From Mytilus californianus (Eukaryota), in assembly GCF_021869535.1 (NCBI RefSeq), contig NW_026262734.1, positions 12,524,001 to 12,588,000 of the forward strand: a stretch of DNA of 64,000 nt, in the 5' to 3' direction. Positions 13,701 to 27,100 of this stretch are shown piece by piece. The first letter of the stretch is position 1. Each line of letters starts with the position of its first letter. The translations under genes were made by a program, and so were the position numbers. A model generated the notes under the pieces. That model had not been told where the DNA came from. It made no database searches and saw only the letters and a program-made list of their open reading frames with translations.

Positions 13701-16700
13701 AGTTTCATTAAATTTGGATGAGGAAAACTTAAGTTAGAGTGCAGAAAATGGGATGGACGGAAAGACGAAAAGTCAAGGGTAACACTTAATGCTCCTGCTG
13801 CCTAGAACACAACTGCTTATAATAGCTCAAACTGGTCTATTTAAATTCACTGTTTTTGAAACCTTCAACAAGCATCTTTAGGTCCTCACTTTTAATGTTA
13901 TATAATTGTACCTTCATGTCGAATCATTACTACAAGTATAACAATTCTGATGCATTTAATATTTTTTCTTCTTCATAAGTTTTTGAATAGATTATTTAAT
14001 TATTTGAAAAACATTCACTAACCTCCATCTTTTTGCATCACAGTCTAAACTTGTTCTGAAAATAAAGTAATCAGATGATAATATTATGATTTTTTCATCA
14101 CAAATATTTTTAGAAGAAAAACATTCTAAAAAGGGTTCTACGATTTTTTCAGCAATCTAAAATTAACTTTGAGTGATAACATGACCTTTAACAATAATGG
14201 CCTTGTCAAGGTCACACATTACTTTATATCTTCTGTATAGTCCTGACAATTCTACTTTCTATGTTACTATACATTATCATACAGTACTGAGTCCCCCTCC
14301 CTCACATTAGTAATAAACAGAATGCTTCCCAGTATACCTATTTATCTAATTAATAAACGACAGTAATAATACCTACCCTTGTATCCATGCAAACATAATC
14401 CTTCCAAGCATACCAGTACCATCTGAAATAAATTAAAAATGAAAAATAATGTTAGTTATGACTCACTACAGGTAGTTATAATTCATATAAAAATAATTGA
14501 AAATTCATGGATAAATCACACAGATAATACACATCAGGAATCCCGATCCTAAATCTGCGGAGGGATTCGAATCCTGAGGAGCAATTAATGAAAAGTTTGT
14601 AACTATGGGGAGGTTAAATCTGTATCCCATTCCCACGGAGCATAATTCCTGTCAAATTAACTTTTTTCAGTTGAAACATGTAATGAGAAGTTAATATCAA
14701 ATTTAAGTCATTTGATTAAAACCTGAATGAGTTACTTTAGAATCTACTTGTAACTCTTTTTAAGACAATCAATTCTATCTATTATTGCATAGAGCTTATA
14801 ATCTGACCTCAGCACTGTTAATAAAATTCACCTACAGGTACTATTTAGTTAGTTGTAACCTATTTATTAAACAAAAATAACTTAATTAAACTGAAATGTT
14901 ACAGAAATGCTGTATAAATAAAACATGTCATCAATGAAACCGAACTGAATGCTGACTAGCCATACCTCAATGTAATGGAATATGATCCTCACTTCTTGTT
15001 TCATTCATATCTTAATTTAAGTACTATTGAATTACAGTACTATATGTCTAGAAATTAGAATTTTTTAGAATCCACATCTGATTAACCAACTTACTGAAAG
15101 TTTCTAATAGATACAATTGGCCTTGCCACCAGATCTCAAGTAATTCATTTGTCGTTACATTTCAAACAAAAATTACTTTATTAAATAATATTAATTATAA
15201 TAGCCATTTTATTTACAAAACCTTCCCCTTAATCTAGAAAAAAAACTCAGATATTTAAATTATATAAATATGATAATACAAATGGTAAATATTCCAGCAA
15301 GAGTGTTACAAGGGAAGTAACTCTGATCAATAACTTATCTATGCCATTGCTTATATCTATTTTTAAACTTTTGTGTAGTACATTACAAATTTAAACCCTT
15401 TCTTGATCTTTTAATCCTCCTGTACATCTAAATAATTTGCACTGTTTCTGTTTTTGTTCATTCGACTTGTAAACATAAATTTCAAATATCAAATATGTCC
15501 CCAATGTTCAACTATTTTTTCAATAGAAAAATAAGTAACAAAAATCTGCAGTCTCTAGCTCTCTACACATCCTGTAGTTAATGACTAAAAAAAACTGTAA
15601 GATCCACATCTAATTGAAAATACAAAAATAACAAGTCTCATATTGTCATATCTTAAAGATAAAGTTAAATTGTAATGGAGAATACCGGTAATTGGTTATG
15701 ATGGCAGACCTTTGATAGTTTGTGTTTAATTGATTCACAACTGATATAATTTGTTTAGACAAATAATTTTGTCTATTGTTTAACTCAGACTAAATCAGAA
15801 ATGGGTGGGTTTTTGTTGGTTATTTCTGTCATTCTGTTGCTGTCTCATCTATGTATATCCTACATCTCCTTTCACTAATATTTGATTAGTAGAAGATTTG
15901 TGAATCATTCAGAGACACAAAACTAAAATATTTTTTTTTTAAATTCATGGAATTTAATTCTAAGGCATACAAAATACAAGTGATATTTTCCCATTATGAT
16001 GTTATTAAAATGAGATGTTTCTAGTGCAATCGATCTTGGCTAAGGGAGCTACCATTTGATTTTTATGGGGAGCTAGGATGAAATCTGAAAAAAAGGGCAG
16101 GACAGGAGTTTTGAATAAAAAAAAAAGAGGCAGATTGAGCAACTTTGCTAAAAAAAAAAGGCAGGATGACAATTTATGTAAAAAAGTCAGGATAAACTAA
16201 TAAAAAAAAAGGCAGGACCGAATAGAGTGAAAAATAAAATGGCAGGACAGAGATTACAACTTAAAAAAAAATGCAGGACAAAATTTTTCATCCTAAGTAA
16301 CCAACTCCTACACCTACTTTTAAGTAACCAAGTTATAGTAGCAGCCAGTACTGTGGCAGACTCATCACCAACTCCTACACCTTTTAGTACAGCCTGGTGA
16401 GCAAGGGTTCCAGTTATACTGCTACAAAATGCCTGGGAAAAAAATGATACCGGTAGACAAGTTTTGTAATATTATAATGAATGGGCTAGGATCTAGATTT
16501 AAGTCTAAATTTAAATCCAAAATTTAATGGATGTACTGTAAATAATTTGTTTGTATCACAACATCATGTAATGGGACCTAACATTATCGAAAATAATTTT
16601 TTCAACACAAATAAAATACAGAATATCATGGCTTTTTAAATATCACATCTGTATCAACCCGAGACAACAATATAATCCAGAGAGTTCTGCTTGAGGGAAT

Positions 16701-19000
16701 ATATTGGTTCAAGGCTGATACAGTGTGAAAAAGCAATATCATACACACTTTATTATGTGAGTAAAACAAAGTTTTCTAGAGGTTTTTGAAGGAGACACAT
16801 GTGCAATCGTGACTGATATTGTTATTGTCGTGGATCATGTGAATGGCTAATAAAGAACAATTGCCATTGATTTTATTCACTCTTGTTCTTGGTCCTCAGA
16901 AATTTTCAATAACATATTAATTTTTCAACAAAAAATAAAAACAAAAACCAAATATTATTGTAGTAAATAAACTATTTTGTAAGACATTTCGGCTACTGGT
17001 CTTCTTCAGTTTCTTTATTATCCTTCTAACAAGGATTTAATTCAAAAACCAAAAAAAACAAAAAAAACCTATGTACAAGCTATAGCCATGTGCAGAGAGT
17101 TAAATGAGCCCCAATGACCTCAAGCCTTGAAATTATTGAGAGGTGTAGAAGTTTTTTAAGAAGATCTTAGTTATCTTTGGGATGTTGAGTTTCACTCTCC
17201 TTAATGTCTTGTCTAGTAAAAGAGGGTCGTAAGATCGCAAATGGATCCTTAAACTCATAAGTCAAGTACAAACTGACAGCACCATGGCAATAAAACAAAA
17301 ACAACCAACAGACAAACAACACCCTACAATAACATAACATAGAAAAACACGAACCCCACCAAATACCAGGTAATCTCAGGTATTCCAGAAGGGTAAGGAT
17401 CCTGCTCCACATGTGGCACCTGTCATGTTGCTCATCTAATTACAAATTCAATGATAAATATTTGTGTCTTTCAAAGATAGACATGATATGTCACTCGTTC
17501 TCCAAATGATATAAGTAGATTTGGTTATGTCCATGCTTTGGTTTTGGAAACAAAAAAATAACTCAGATCAAAAATAACAATAGCAGGTGCACAACTTCAT
17601 GTCCTGAAGAATAATGATGTGCAAGTTTGGTTAAATTCTGGCATGCTGTTTTCAAGGAGTATATTTATATAAACAGTAAGGCAGACAACATGGATAATGA
17701 CTGCACAAGATGACACTCACTACAGATGGACACAGTCAGACATCACAATAACTAACCTGTATAGTATCCCAAATCTGGTATGTAACATAATCAGAGCTTA
17801 CACTTTCTGGATAGCCTTGGGGTAGAAAAACAGACTGAAAATATACAACTAAAATAATCAACATCACAAAATTAAAAAAAAATATTAGCATAACAACAAA
17901 CTAACCCCTGGTTACATACACTTTTTCGTATAACATGTACATGTATAAAGCAACATAAAAAAATAAACTTTCATTGCATTCATTGAGGAGACGGGCTGAG
18001 GAAGATTTTGAAAATGAATGATTTGGTCTACCAGACTGGTAAGAACTGAAAATAAATAACTTTAAACAAAACAGGATGAATGAATATTCTACAACCACAG
18101 GCACTAATGTCTCTGAAAAAAAAACCTATATACTTTAATCTGTATACTTCAATCTGTATCTGTCTGTATGAATACGTTGTGGATACCAATACTGACTTTA
18201 ATACAATGGTAGAGAGAGCGCTGACGATTTATTGACAGTGCACGAGAGCAGTTTTGAGGCTCTCAATGTGCGTGCAATACAGGGTCTTCAAGGTGGTTCC
18301 ACTCGATCACTGTTTTTACGAAAAATGAGTTAGAATATTGTGGTGTTTTGCTCGTTGGAATCTCAAAACACTTTGTGTTGTTCTTGGCTGGCAAATTTCT
18401 TGGCAGTAATTGTTCTTTTTGGACGTGCTTTTATTAAATATTCGTCTAGTTCTATAGCAGGAACCAGCCCCTCAACCACCTTGTACAGAAATAGTATATA
18501 GCTTCTGGCTTGAGCGTCTTGTCTGTAGATCTTGTAGTTCCAGTTTGAAGAGCATATTTGAAACACAACCATGATCTTTAATATATTAAGATATGTAGGG
18601 GGGGGGGGGGGGGAATTCTGAGACAAATGCCTGTGTCTTCAACACAAAAATTTAATGCAGGAAACAATTGTGTACAAAAGTGTATACTTTGAAGCAGCAA
18701 AGTCGCAGAAAAAAATAAGAATGCATAGAAAAATGAAAATGAATATGCAATCTGGAAAAAAAACCTTCTACTGGTTTAATACAGTTATCTTATCCTATCA
18801 TCTTTGACAGAACTTTCCTCCCCCTTTTTTATTGTAATTTGTACAACTACAAACACACACACCCGAAAAAAATGTGAAACTGATGTAAATTTTGGTGACA
18901 GGTCAACTGACTTTACACTTCCACTTCTTTCTAGAATGTATTTCTTTTTAACATTTGATGAACCATAAACCTCTTGACACACAACTATGTCCTGATTCAT
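1781..19000 (-). CDS. RUSF1: RUS family member 1 (C16orf58 / root UVB sensitive 1 homolog), 14 coding exons, 445 aa
   Basis: Exons (plus coordinates, in transcript order): 18863-19000, 17757-17834, 16318-16432, 14377-14422, 14023-14055, 12145-12250, 9366-9467, 8573-8643, 7464-7648, 6969-7026, 6250-6323, 4161-4270, 2948-2996, 1781-1953. All introns GT-AG with consistent phases; total 1338 nt. Family motifs: VFLPQGYPESVSSDYVTYQIWD, AFCSSITGTLAHQAVL, GTGMLGRIMFAW, LDCDAKRWRLFADILND, GVAGGATRAALTQHQARRNNMADVSAKDGSQETLVNL, HLFANYRAV. The first exon (GTGTGT donor) is the least certain. Confidence 0.93.
2191..2352. repeat. Long inverted repeat (foldback hairpin) in the last RUSF1 intron
   Basis: Perfect 42-bp outer arms (2191-2232 / 2311-2352) and perfect 20-bp inner arms (2241-2260 / 2275-2294); 14-nt loop. 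Confidence 0.9.
4690..6185. repeat. Composite dispersed repeat with internal tandem GGGCCAAAAA and GGTCCAAAGGGTCCAAAATT modules
   Basis: Three copies each of two ~150-bp modules at about 4780-5330 and 5380-5780. Confidence 0.6.
8110..8445 (-). mobile_element. Second copy of the same SINE family
   Basis: CCAGTCTTTGCTCTT...GCAGCAAATACCAA...GTCTTTCGTTTGACCC is the reverse complement of the 58574 element. Confidence 0.75.
9990..10570. mobile_element. Dimeric palindrome-bearing element, Helentron/HINE-like
   Basis: Two related ~200-270-bp units, each ending CATATAACTTATA; 36-bp near-perfect palindrome at 10215-10250; TTCGGCCTTCGGCCTCA motif. Confidence 0.55.
11692..11901. mobile_element. Tc1/mariner-type MITE, TA TSD
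   Basis: TA|CTGTGGATTCA ... TGAATCCACAG|TA. Confidence 0.8.
13400..13800 (-). mobile_element. HINE-like element with two internal units
   Basis: AAGAATGTGTCTGAGGACACGAATGCCCC terminus, duplicated AAAGGGACATAACT...CTTAGCATTGTGT core, GGATGGACGG microsatellite. Confidence 0.6.
16044..16295. mobile_element. PIF/Harbinger-type MITE with the outer part of the right TIR deleted
   Basis: TAA|GGGAGCTACCATTTGATTTTTATGGGGAGCTAGGATGAAA on the left; only TTTCATCCTA remains on the right; internal GGCAGGAC repeats. Confidence 0.7.
17215..17435 (-). mobile_element. Solo copy of the Penelope-like element 3' terminal repeat
   Basis: Reverse complement of 27075-27240 (GGATCCTGCTCCACATGTGGCACC...AGAAAAACACGAACCCCACC). 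Confidence 0.75.
18130..18575 (-). mobile_element. LINE (CR1/L2-group) 3' end fragment in RUSF1 intron 1
   Basis: LFLYKVVEGLVPAI...PQYSNSFFVKTVIEWNHL followed by a short ATACAG-type tandem tail. Confidence 0.72.
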
Positions 19001-19399
19001 TCTGTTTTCAAAACAAATACACGTGTGAAGACTGGTTTCAAATACTCGACACTGATAACGTTTGCTCAAGGTATAAACTACATATTAGATACCAGTACAT
19101 TGGTTTCCGGTTTTTAGAATAGTACAAACAAACAAACCAAGAACACAAAGTGTTGATGATCTTTGACTTGTTTGACATAAGTACAGTGAATAATTATTAG
19201 TGAGCAAATACTACAGTTCTGTCGTATTCCTATTCTTTTCCTTATACTATATCTTGCTCAAAACTTGAGGGGAAGAACCAGGAGATAGTCACCTACATTG
19301 TACCTAGCTTCTCCCACCCCTTTCTTACTTTCTCCTACCACTCTTCTCTATTCTACCACCCGAAAAATATATCTCCCTATGAAAAAAGTTAAAAATAAA

Positions 19400-20540
19400 G
19401 TTTTATATAAAACAAGCATTCTGAGAGTATTGAATGGCAATACATAGTCCCTTACCGGTTAAAAAATCATTATACTGGAACAAAATGCTAACTAGGTCTA
19501 TATATATATATATAACTTGTCATGGTGATAATTATATAACAAATATGAAGTCAATATCTTCAAGCATGATGAAAAAAAGTGTGAAAAACTGATTATTTAA
19601 GTGAATTTTCTATGTCCAAGGGACCATAACTTTGCACAAAATCAGACTAGAACAAAATTTGAACTTGATCTGTAACTTGTCATGATAAAACTATATTTGA
19701 CGAAAAAAAGTGAGGAAAACTGATTATTTGAGTGAATTTTCAAAGTCCAAGGACCATAACTCTGCACAAAATCATCAGACCGGAACAAAATTCGAAATTG
19801 ATCTGTAACTTGTCATGATAAAACTATATACCAATTTCAAATCAATATCTTCAAGCATGACAAAAAAAGTGCAGAAAACTGATTATTTGAGTGAATTTTC
19901 TAAGTTCTAGGACCATAACTCTGCACAAAATCATCAGACCGGAACAAAATTGAGTTGACTCCTTATTGGTGTTATTGCCCATTAATGATGATTTTTACCA
20001 ATGTTTTGCATTTTTTGCCTAATTTCTTAAGAATTAATAGATATAATAAACTTTAAAAGCAAAAATGATCAGCAATACAAGATCTACAATTAAGTCTACT
20101 AAATGGCAATAATTATCAGTCAATTCTTTATTGGAGTTATTGCCCTTTAATGATGATTTTTACCAATGTTTTGTGTTTTTTCCTATTATCTTGAAAACTA
20201 TAAAAGATGGATAGATGCTTAAAAATAGCGAAAAAGATCACGAAGAGTAAGACAAGATCTACAAAATCAGTAAAATTTTGCCAAAATTGTTACTTCATAG
20301 TAGTTTTTGGCTTATAATGAAAATATTTTACCCTTTATTCGTATTTTAGGCAAAAACTAAACCAGATAGAGAGAATTTGTAAAAAAAAAAAAAATCAGCA
20401 ATATGAGATAAACAAAAAAGAGATTTTTTTCATGAATTATATTCTAGTCTACAATGTTGGAGATTGTCCATTGTTCATGTTGTTGAAAATGCACATAGAC
20501 CTAGGTGAGTGACACAGGCTCTTTGGAGCCTCTAGTTTTT
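19400..20540. repeat. Composite HINE-like repeats with internal tandem units, between RUSF1 and CYP4
   Basis: Three ~120-170-bp copies of GGACCATAACTCTGCACAAAATC...GAACTTGATCTGTAACTTGTCATG; duplicated TTATTGGAGTTATTGCCC...AATGATGATTTTTACC. Confidence 0.6.
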
Positions 20541-21163
20541 GTTTCCCCATTTCTCCTTAAAAGGCTTTGATATATATATATCCTTGTTCTCCTTGTTGAC
20601 TGAGGTCGGAATAACAGAAAAAAGTGTCATCAGTGATTGTTTTTGTTCAGATTAAAATGTTTTTTGTTTTATTTTTTTCATTTTTAGAATTTAGTGTTGA
20701 TGAACAATGATGAAATTTCTTTGATAGTATCTGTTTACCAGTAATTTATTTACAAATTTTATAAACTCGGGATAATTTAGAGCTTGACCTATTTATTATT
20801 ATTATGTTGCCTTGGTCATTTATATCATTGTTTTCTATCACATTAATAGACAACCCTCATCTTTCATTCATATGGTTTATTTCCTTACACCAGTTCTGAA
20901 CCGGCTTGGTTGGAGTATTGTATAGTATATGTATGCTTGACAATATTAAAACCTTATAAAATTGTCCATGTCTATACTCAACTATACAGGTTCTTCTTGT
21001 TCAGATGCCTTTGCTTGAATTAATACATAAGGGTCATACCAACTTCAAACCACACAGCGGAAACATGTTTGGCACCTTGAAATTTTATATTCATTCTTAT
21101 AACATTGTTGATTGCATTTTCAATTCTACATTTACAGTAAAAGTCATAAAGCTGTTTAATGGT

Positions 21164-24100
21164 ATGAGTGCAGTGTTGATGTCAGTGGTGATTGGAGTTA
21201 TTGGACTTGTTTTATTCTACATCACAGAAAAGGTCATCCAGTTCCTAAAATGGCACAGAAAAATGAAGAAAATATTGTCTCATTTCCCTGGACCAAAGCC
21301 TCATTGGTTCTTTGGTAATGCTTTGCAGGTACACTTTTAAATACATAAACACTATACACTGTTATAGTCAGTTTGTGTTTGCATGAACTGTATTGTAGAA
21401 ATAAATCCCTTTGCATGAACTGTATTGTAGAATTAATTCCCTTTGCATGAACTGTATTGTAGAATTAATTCCCTTTGCATGAACTGTATTGTAGAATTAA
21501 TTCCCTTTGCATGAACTGTATTGTAGAATTAATTCCCTTTGCATGAACTGTATTGTAGAATTAATTCCCTTTGCATGAACTGTATTGTAGAATTAATTCC
21601 CTTTGCATAAACTGTATTGTAGAATTAATTCCCTTTGCATGAACTGTATTGTAGAATTAATTCCCTTTGCATTTGAAATGTATGAAATTGTATGTGATTT
21701 CTAACATTAAAATCAAATCAAATAATTTTATTGGTGTAAATTCCAATACAGGAATGATACCATCTGACATTTTCAAAATACAAGAATAAACACAAAAAAA
21801 AACAGACAAATATACAAAGACATATTTTCTCAATGATAAGAGACACATATTTTAAATCTACATTGCGTGTAGGTACGTATTATTCATACTATGTTTATCA
21901 AGCTATTACAATTAACGTTGATACTACAACAGTTCTTAACAACATTATGTTTGCTTTAAATAAATATTCTTATCATACATATGGCTTATTCCAGCTACAC
22001 ATACAGTACATATCGCTTATTCCTGCTACACACATACAGTACATATGTCAGTATCATTACTTTTTAAAATGAAACTAAATTTATCTTGTTCAGACATATT
22101 AACAAAAGATGGGATTATATCACTTAAATTACAAAAGAGTATATATCTATTAAATTTTAAAGCTTTACATTTAATGAAGAAATGGAATTCATCTTCAATT
22201 CCATCCTTGCTGAGTAGACAAATTCTCTGTTCTAAAGATGTTCTTGTATATCTACCAACTTCTATTAGTAATTTGCTATTACTAAATCTAATTTTTAACA
22301 TTTTTAGAATTAACATTTTTGTTAAGGTCTAGTAGGAGATAGTTTTTTAATTCAAATTATTTTTAACTTTGCGATACATTCTTAGTTTTTTACCATGACT
22401 ATCTTTATTAGAGTCACAAAAAAGAGCTTGCTTCCAGGATTTTATGAATTCCTCTTCTAATTTCTTTTGAAATGAAAAAAGTAATTTTGTCTTCGACATG
22501 GTATTTTGGTTTTCCCAAACATGCTGAAAACCAAGTTTATATAATAACACTTTATTTTACTACAAAAACCATTAGACAGGTTTAAGTTTTCACTGTATGC
22601 TTTCTTTACCATACTGTCACTATTCATATTAATAATATGAAGCCAGAAATTAATTGTATTTTTAAGGGCTGACAATGAAATTGGAAACGAACCTAATTTA
22701 GAAATTTGATTTTAATCTTATTTGGAATAAAGTTTGACACAATGGTAGTATTTTATTTGACTAAACTAACAGTAGCCCAAACTTCACTGCTATATAGTAA
22801 AATACGTTTCACACATGAAACCTATTTTTACTATTAAATGAGGGGGTTTACAGAGTAGAGAATAATGGGCAAGATGTGCAAAATAAAGGGCAAAAAAAAA
22901 ATGAAGAATAGAGAAAAATAGGCAAAAAAATAAAGAATAAAGAATAATGGGGTGCTTAAATATAAAGAATAGAGAATAGCAGGCTAAATTTATAAAGAAT
23001 AGAGAAAAATGGCCTAAAAAATTAAAGAATACAGAAATGGAGAACCTCCAATCTAGACCCTCTTAAAGGATTTTTAAGATAAATTTGAAGTTGTGGTTTT
23101 TCCATGTTTATTTCATGTTATTGTATAAATAAAATCGAATACATTATATGAAATTTTTTTTTAAAAAAATGATGCATAAACATAGCAGATTCAATACATC
23201 TTTATTTTCTGATATATTTAATGAAATCTTCTATCATACATAAAGTAATAATTATTTTTATATATATAATATAAAGTTGAAATTTAAAGGAAGATGAACC
23301 ATTTAATTTCTCCCTTCAGATTGGAACTTTCCATGATTTTGTGACTAGAATGCATAAAGAATATGTAGAACACTTGCGTACCAAAGGTTATAGTTTCTGG
23401 GTGTTTACAGTGCAGCCTGTAATATTTCTGACACACCCAGACACTATCAAAGTGATTATGAAGTCTAATGCACCAAAAGCTAAGGGTAACATAGGATATA
23501 GCTTCATGATTCCATGGATTGGTGAGTAAATCATGTGTCTAAAGTTAAAAGTACAATTATGTACAGAGATAATTTTATATCCAATCCTGATGATAATAAA
23601 CAAATATCTGAAATCTACAGCATCCTGCCAAAAATGGAAGAAAAATTTGAAATTGTAAAAGATGGTGTTTTAGTAGGTTCTTACATTGGTAAATAGGATC
23701 CCAAGCTAAAATAGTTTTTTCCTAAATTTTGACAAATGTAAATTAAATTAACTTTACAGAAGAAACCTTAGACACATGTTAATGTAGACAATACAAAGAA
23801 ACCTTAGACATGTTAATGTAGACAATACAAAGAAACCTTAGACACATGTTAATGTAGACAATACAAAGAAACCTTAGACATGTTAATGTAGACAATACAA
23901 AGAAACCTTAGACACATGTTAATGTAGACAATACAAAGATTCTGCTTGTAATTGCAATAAAAAAATTTCCACAGTTTTGCAAATTCAAGGTTATTATGTA
24001 CATATCTTTGACATATTCTGATACCAGCTTATTTACTAAAAGGTTTTGCTATTATAGAACATACACAGTTATATCAACTAGGATTTGTGTTTTTTTGATT

Positions 24101-27100
24101 GATGTTATTCTCTTTCTATTACTGGTTATTTTATAGGAAAATCGCTAAACTTGATTTTTTTCTCCACCAGGTGATAGCTTACTTGTGACACATGGATCAA
24201 AATGGGAGAGGAACAGAAGACTACTGACACCAGCATTCCACTTCAGTGTATTGAATGGTTACTTCAAAATTTATAACAACGTGGCAGATACGTTGCTGGT
24301 AGGAAATAATCTCATTAGTAGACGCATAATGAATTCTATGTTACATGTACTGCACACAATTTTATTAAACACAAAACATGAAAATTTGATAAAATATATA
24401 AAAAGGATAACAGGAATCACCAAAAATATTGGACAGTACAACAGACCACGCAACCATGAACAATCTTCTCCTCAACTACTTATCGCAACAATTTATTGTT
24501 GAGGTAATTTGAATGATGCCAATACTTTATGAATTCATTAGATTTTATTCACAGAAAATGTTTTTTTATTGATCATGTGTATCAATATAAGATTTAGATA
24601 CCATAGAATTAACTCATTATGAAATAACTAAAGTTGTGATAAAAATTGAAAAATCTATGAAAAACATGCAGAATAACATTTATAACTAAACCAATATTTT
24701 TTAGGAGAAATTTTCTAATGGTAGTAAAAGTGGAAAGTATATAGAAGTATATCAGGCCTCAGCTTTAGCTGTGTTAGACTCTCTATTGCAGTGTTCATTA
24801 TCATACAAAGGAAATATACAATCAGTTGGGTGAGTTTTCATCTAATAGGCATATAACACTGTGCCCTTCTGTATCGTATGTTATTGTCTGTTTTTTACTG
24901 TTTTCACAAAATCATACCGGTAATGGATTTTATTATCTCCTGTTATAATTTATATAAGAAATGAAGAGATGTGGGGTAAACGTAGATGAGACAGTTTTCT
25001 GATGAACTGCAAAATGTGTGTTCTTTATGTTGTGTCATCAGGGATGGTCACTTAATAAAAAATCCATTAATCTAAAGAATGGCATGGAAAATTTAACGTT
25101 TTAATTTAATGTTAACAAATGGAAAGATGACAACATACAATTGATTATAAAAACTAAATAAAACCAGGAAGATATTACAACAGTTTAGTATTGCTTCTGT
25201 AATTTGCAAAAATAAGACCAAATTTGAATCTCAATCATTAAGTCATAAGTGTTTTTCATTTATTTGCGAAAGCTACTCCAGTCCACCCATTTACAAAAAC
25301 TGACTGCCATGGAATGAACAGTTATTTAGAAATGATATTTTTGATGAGGGCTATTCCATTAAAATGAATGTGGGAGGGTAGGAAGGGAAGTTTAATTATT
25401 GAATGTAGGTCAGGGGTCTTTTTTCAGTATGCGTCTATTACCATTATGCAAAAATATCTGAAAAATGGTTCTTGGTTGTAGGGATATTTTGAAAGTCCCT
25501 TCCTACCCTCCCAAATATATTTTAATGGAATAGCCCTGACCATTTCAAACAAAAACAAAATAAACGAATGATGTTTTGCTTTTTTTTCCAATTAAACACT
25601 TTGTTTGAATTTACTTCAGTACAAATAAACACATAGTACCCTCTGTTTTGTATTATATGTTCCTTTAACTTTTGTTATTTTTTCAGTGAAAGTCATCCAT
25701 ATGTAAAAGCTGTGAAGAGACTTGTAGAATTAGTGATGGCTAGAAATCTGTAAGTTTATAGTGACTGTTCTCATATGAGTAAATAGGGGCCTTTGTGGTC
25801 AAGTGGTCTAAGTAGTCAAACTACTTTATCACTAGCCTGTCAACACTGAGATTGTGAGTTTTAATCCCACACGTGGAAGGTGTTCTCGACTCCAATAATC
25901 TGAATTGACTTAGCTTGGATTGCCGGTTTTTCTTGCTGAAGTGCTGTGGTTCTCAACAGACATTCCGGCTTCCTCCACCAATAAAAACTGACTGCCACAA
26001 AATAGAACAATAGTGCTGCTAGTGGTGTTTAAACACCAATCAATCAATCATATGTGTACAGTTTGATGGTTCATCGTGTCATCTGCTACTACTTTTCAAA
26101 CTGCTTATGATTAACTAGAGGACTATACGTGATCTTCATTAAGATGTTTCAAATTGTATCATCACTGATTTTAGGGTGGAGAAGGGAACAGGGGGTCAAA
26201 AGGATAACATAGGCTTCGGAGTGAGTGTATGATTTCAAAGGGTTATGCATATCTTATATTGAACTCTTATTTGAGAACTCAGCATAAATTAAACAATCAT
26301 GAGTATAATCTTAAAAAATTCTCTGAAACTGACATCAAGATGCTTGATTTCTTGATTGACAATATATTTGTTACGTTTGGAGGACATGTTTTTCAACAGA
26401 CTGTCGGAATTCCAATGGGAACCAATTGTGCCCCTCTTCTTGCCGACTTGTTTCTTTATTATTATGAGGCTGACTTCATACAGGAACTTCTTAGAAAGAA
26501 AGATAAGAAGTTAGCAATATCCTTTAACTTTACGTTCCGCTATATAGATGATGTTCTCTCACTAAATAATACAAAATTTGGTGACTTTGTTGAACGAATC
26601 TATCCCATCGAACTAGAGATAAAGGATACTGCAGATACAGTTAAGTCTGCCTCATATCTTGACTTACATCTAGAAATTGACAATGAGGGGTGGTTGAAAA
26701 CAAAACTTTACGACAAAAGAGATGATTTCAGCTTCCCAATTGTGAACTTTCCATTACTATGTAGCAACATTCCAGCAGCGCCTGCATACGAAGTATATAT
26801 CTCCCAATTGATACGATATTCCCAGGCTTGTATTTCCTATCATGATTTCCTTGAAAGAGGATTGCTGCTCACAAGGAAGCTATTAAACCAAGAGTTCCAA
26901 ATGGTGAAGTTGAAATCATCCCTTCGTAAATTTTACTGACGCCATCACGAGTTGGTTGACCGTTATGGAATAACCATTTCACAGATGATATCGGATATGT
27001 TCCTTATGTAGTAACTACAATACCCTTCCCTTTTCATGAATGTGACCTACCGAATTAGACTATTTACCGGATTGGTAATAACATAAGCAACACGACGGGT

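Noticed and set aside
14530-14580. B-box-like GGGATTCGAATCC, possible tRNA
   Set aside because: No A-box at the right distance and no cloverleaf could be built.
26937-26939. In-frame TGA in the Penelope-like RT as selenocysteine
   Set aside because: It falls at a position I recall as Gly (FYGRHH), one substitution from GGA, in a truncated copy; simple decay is more likely.
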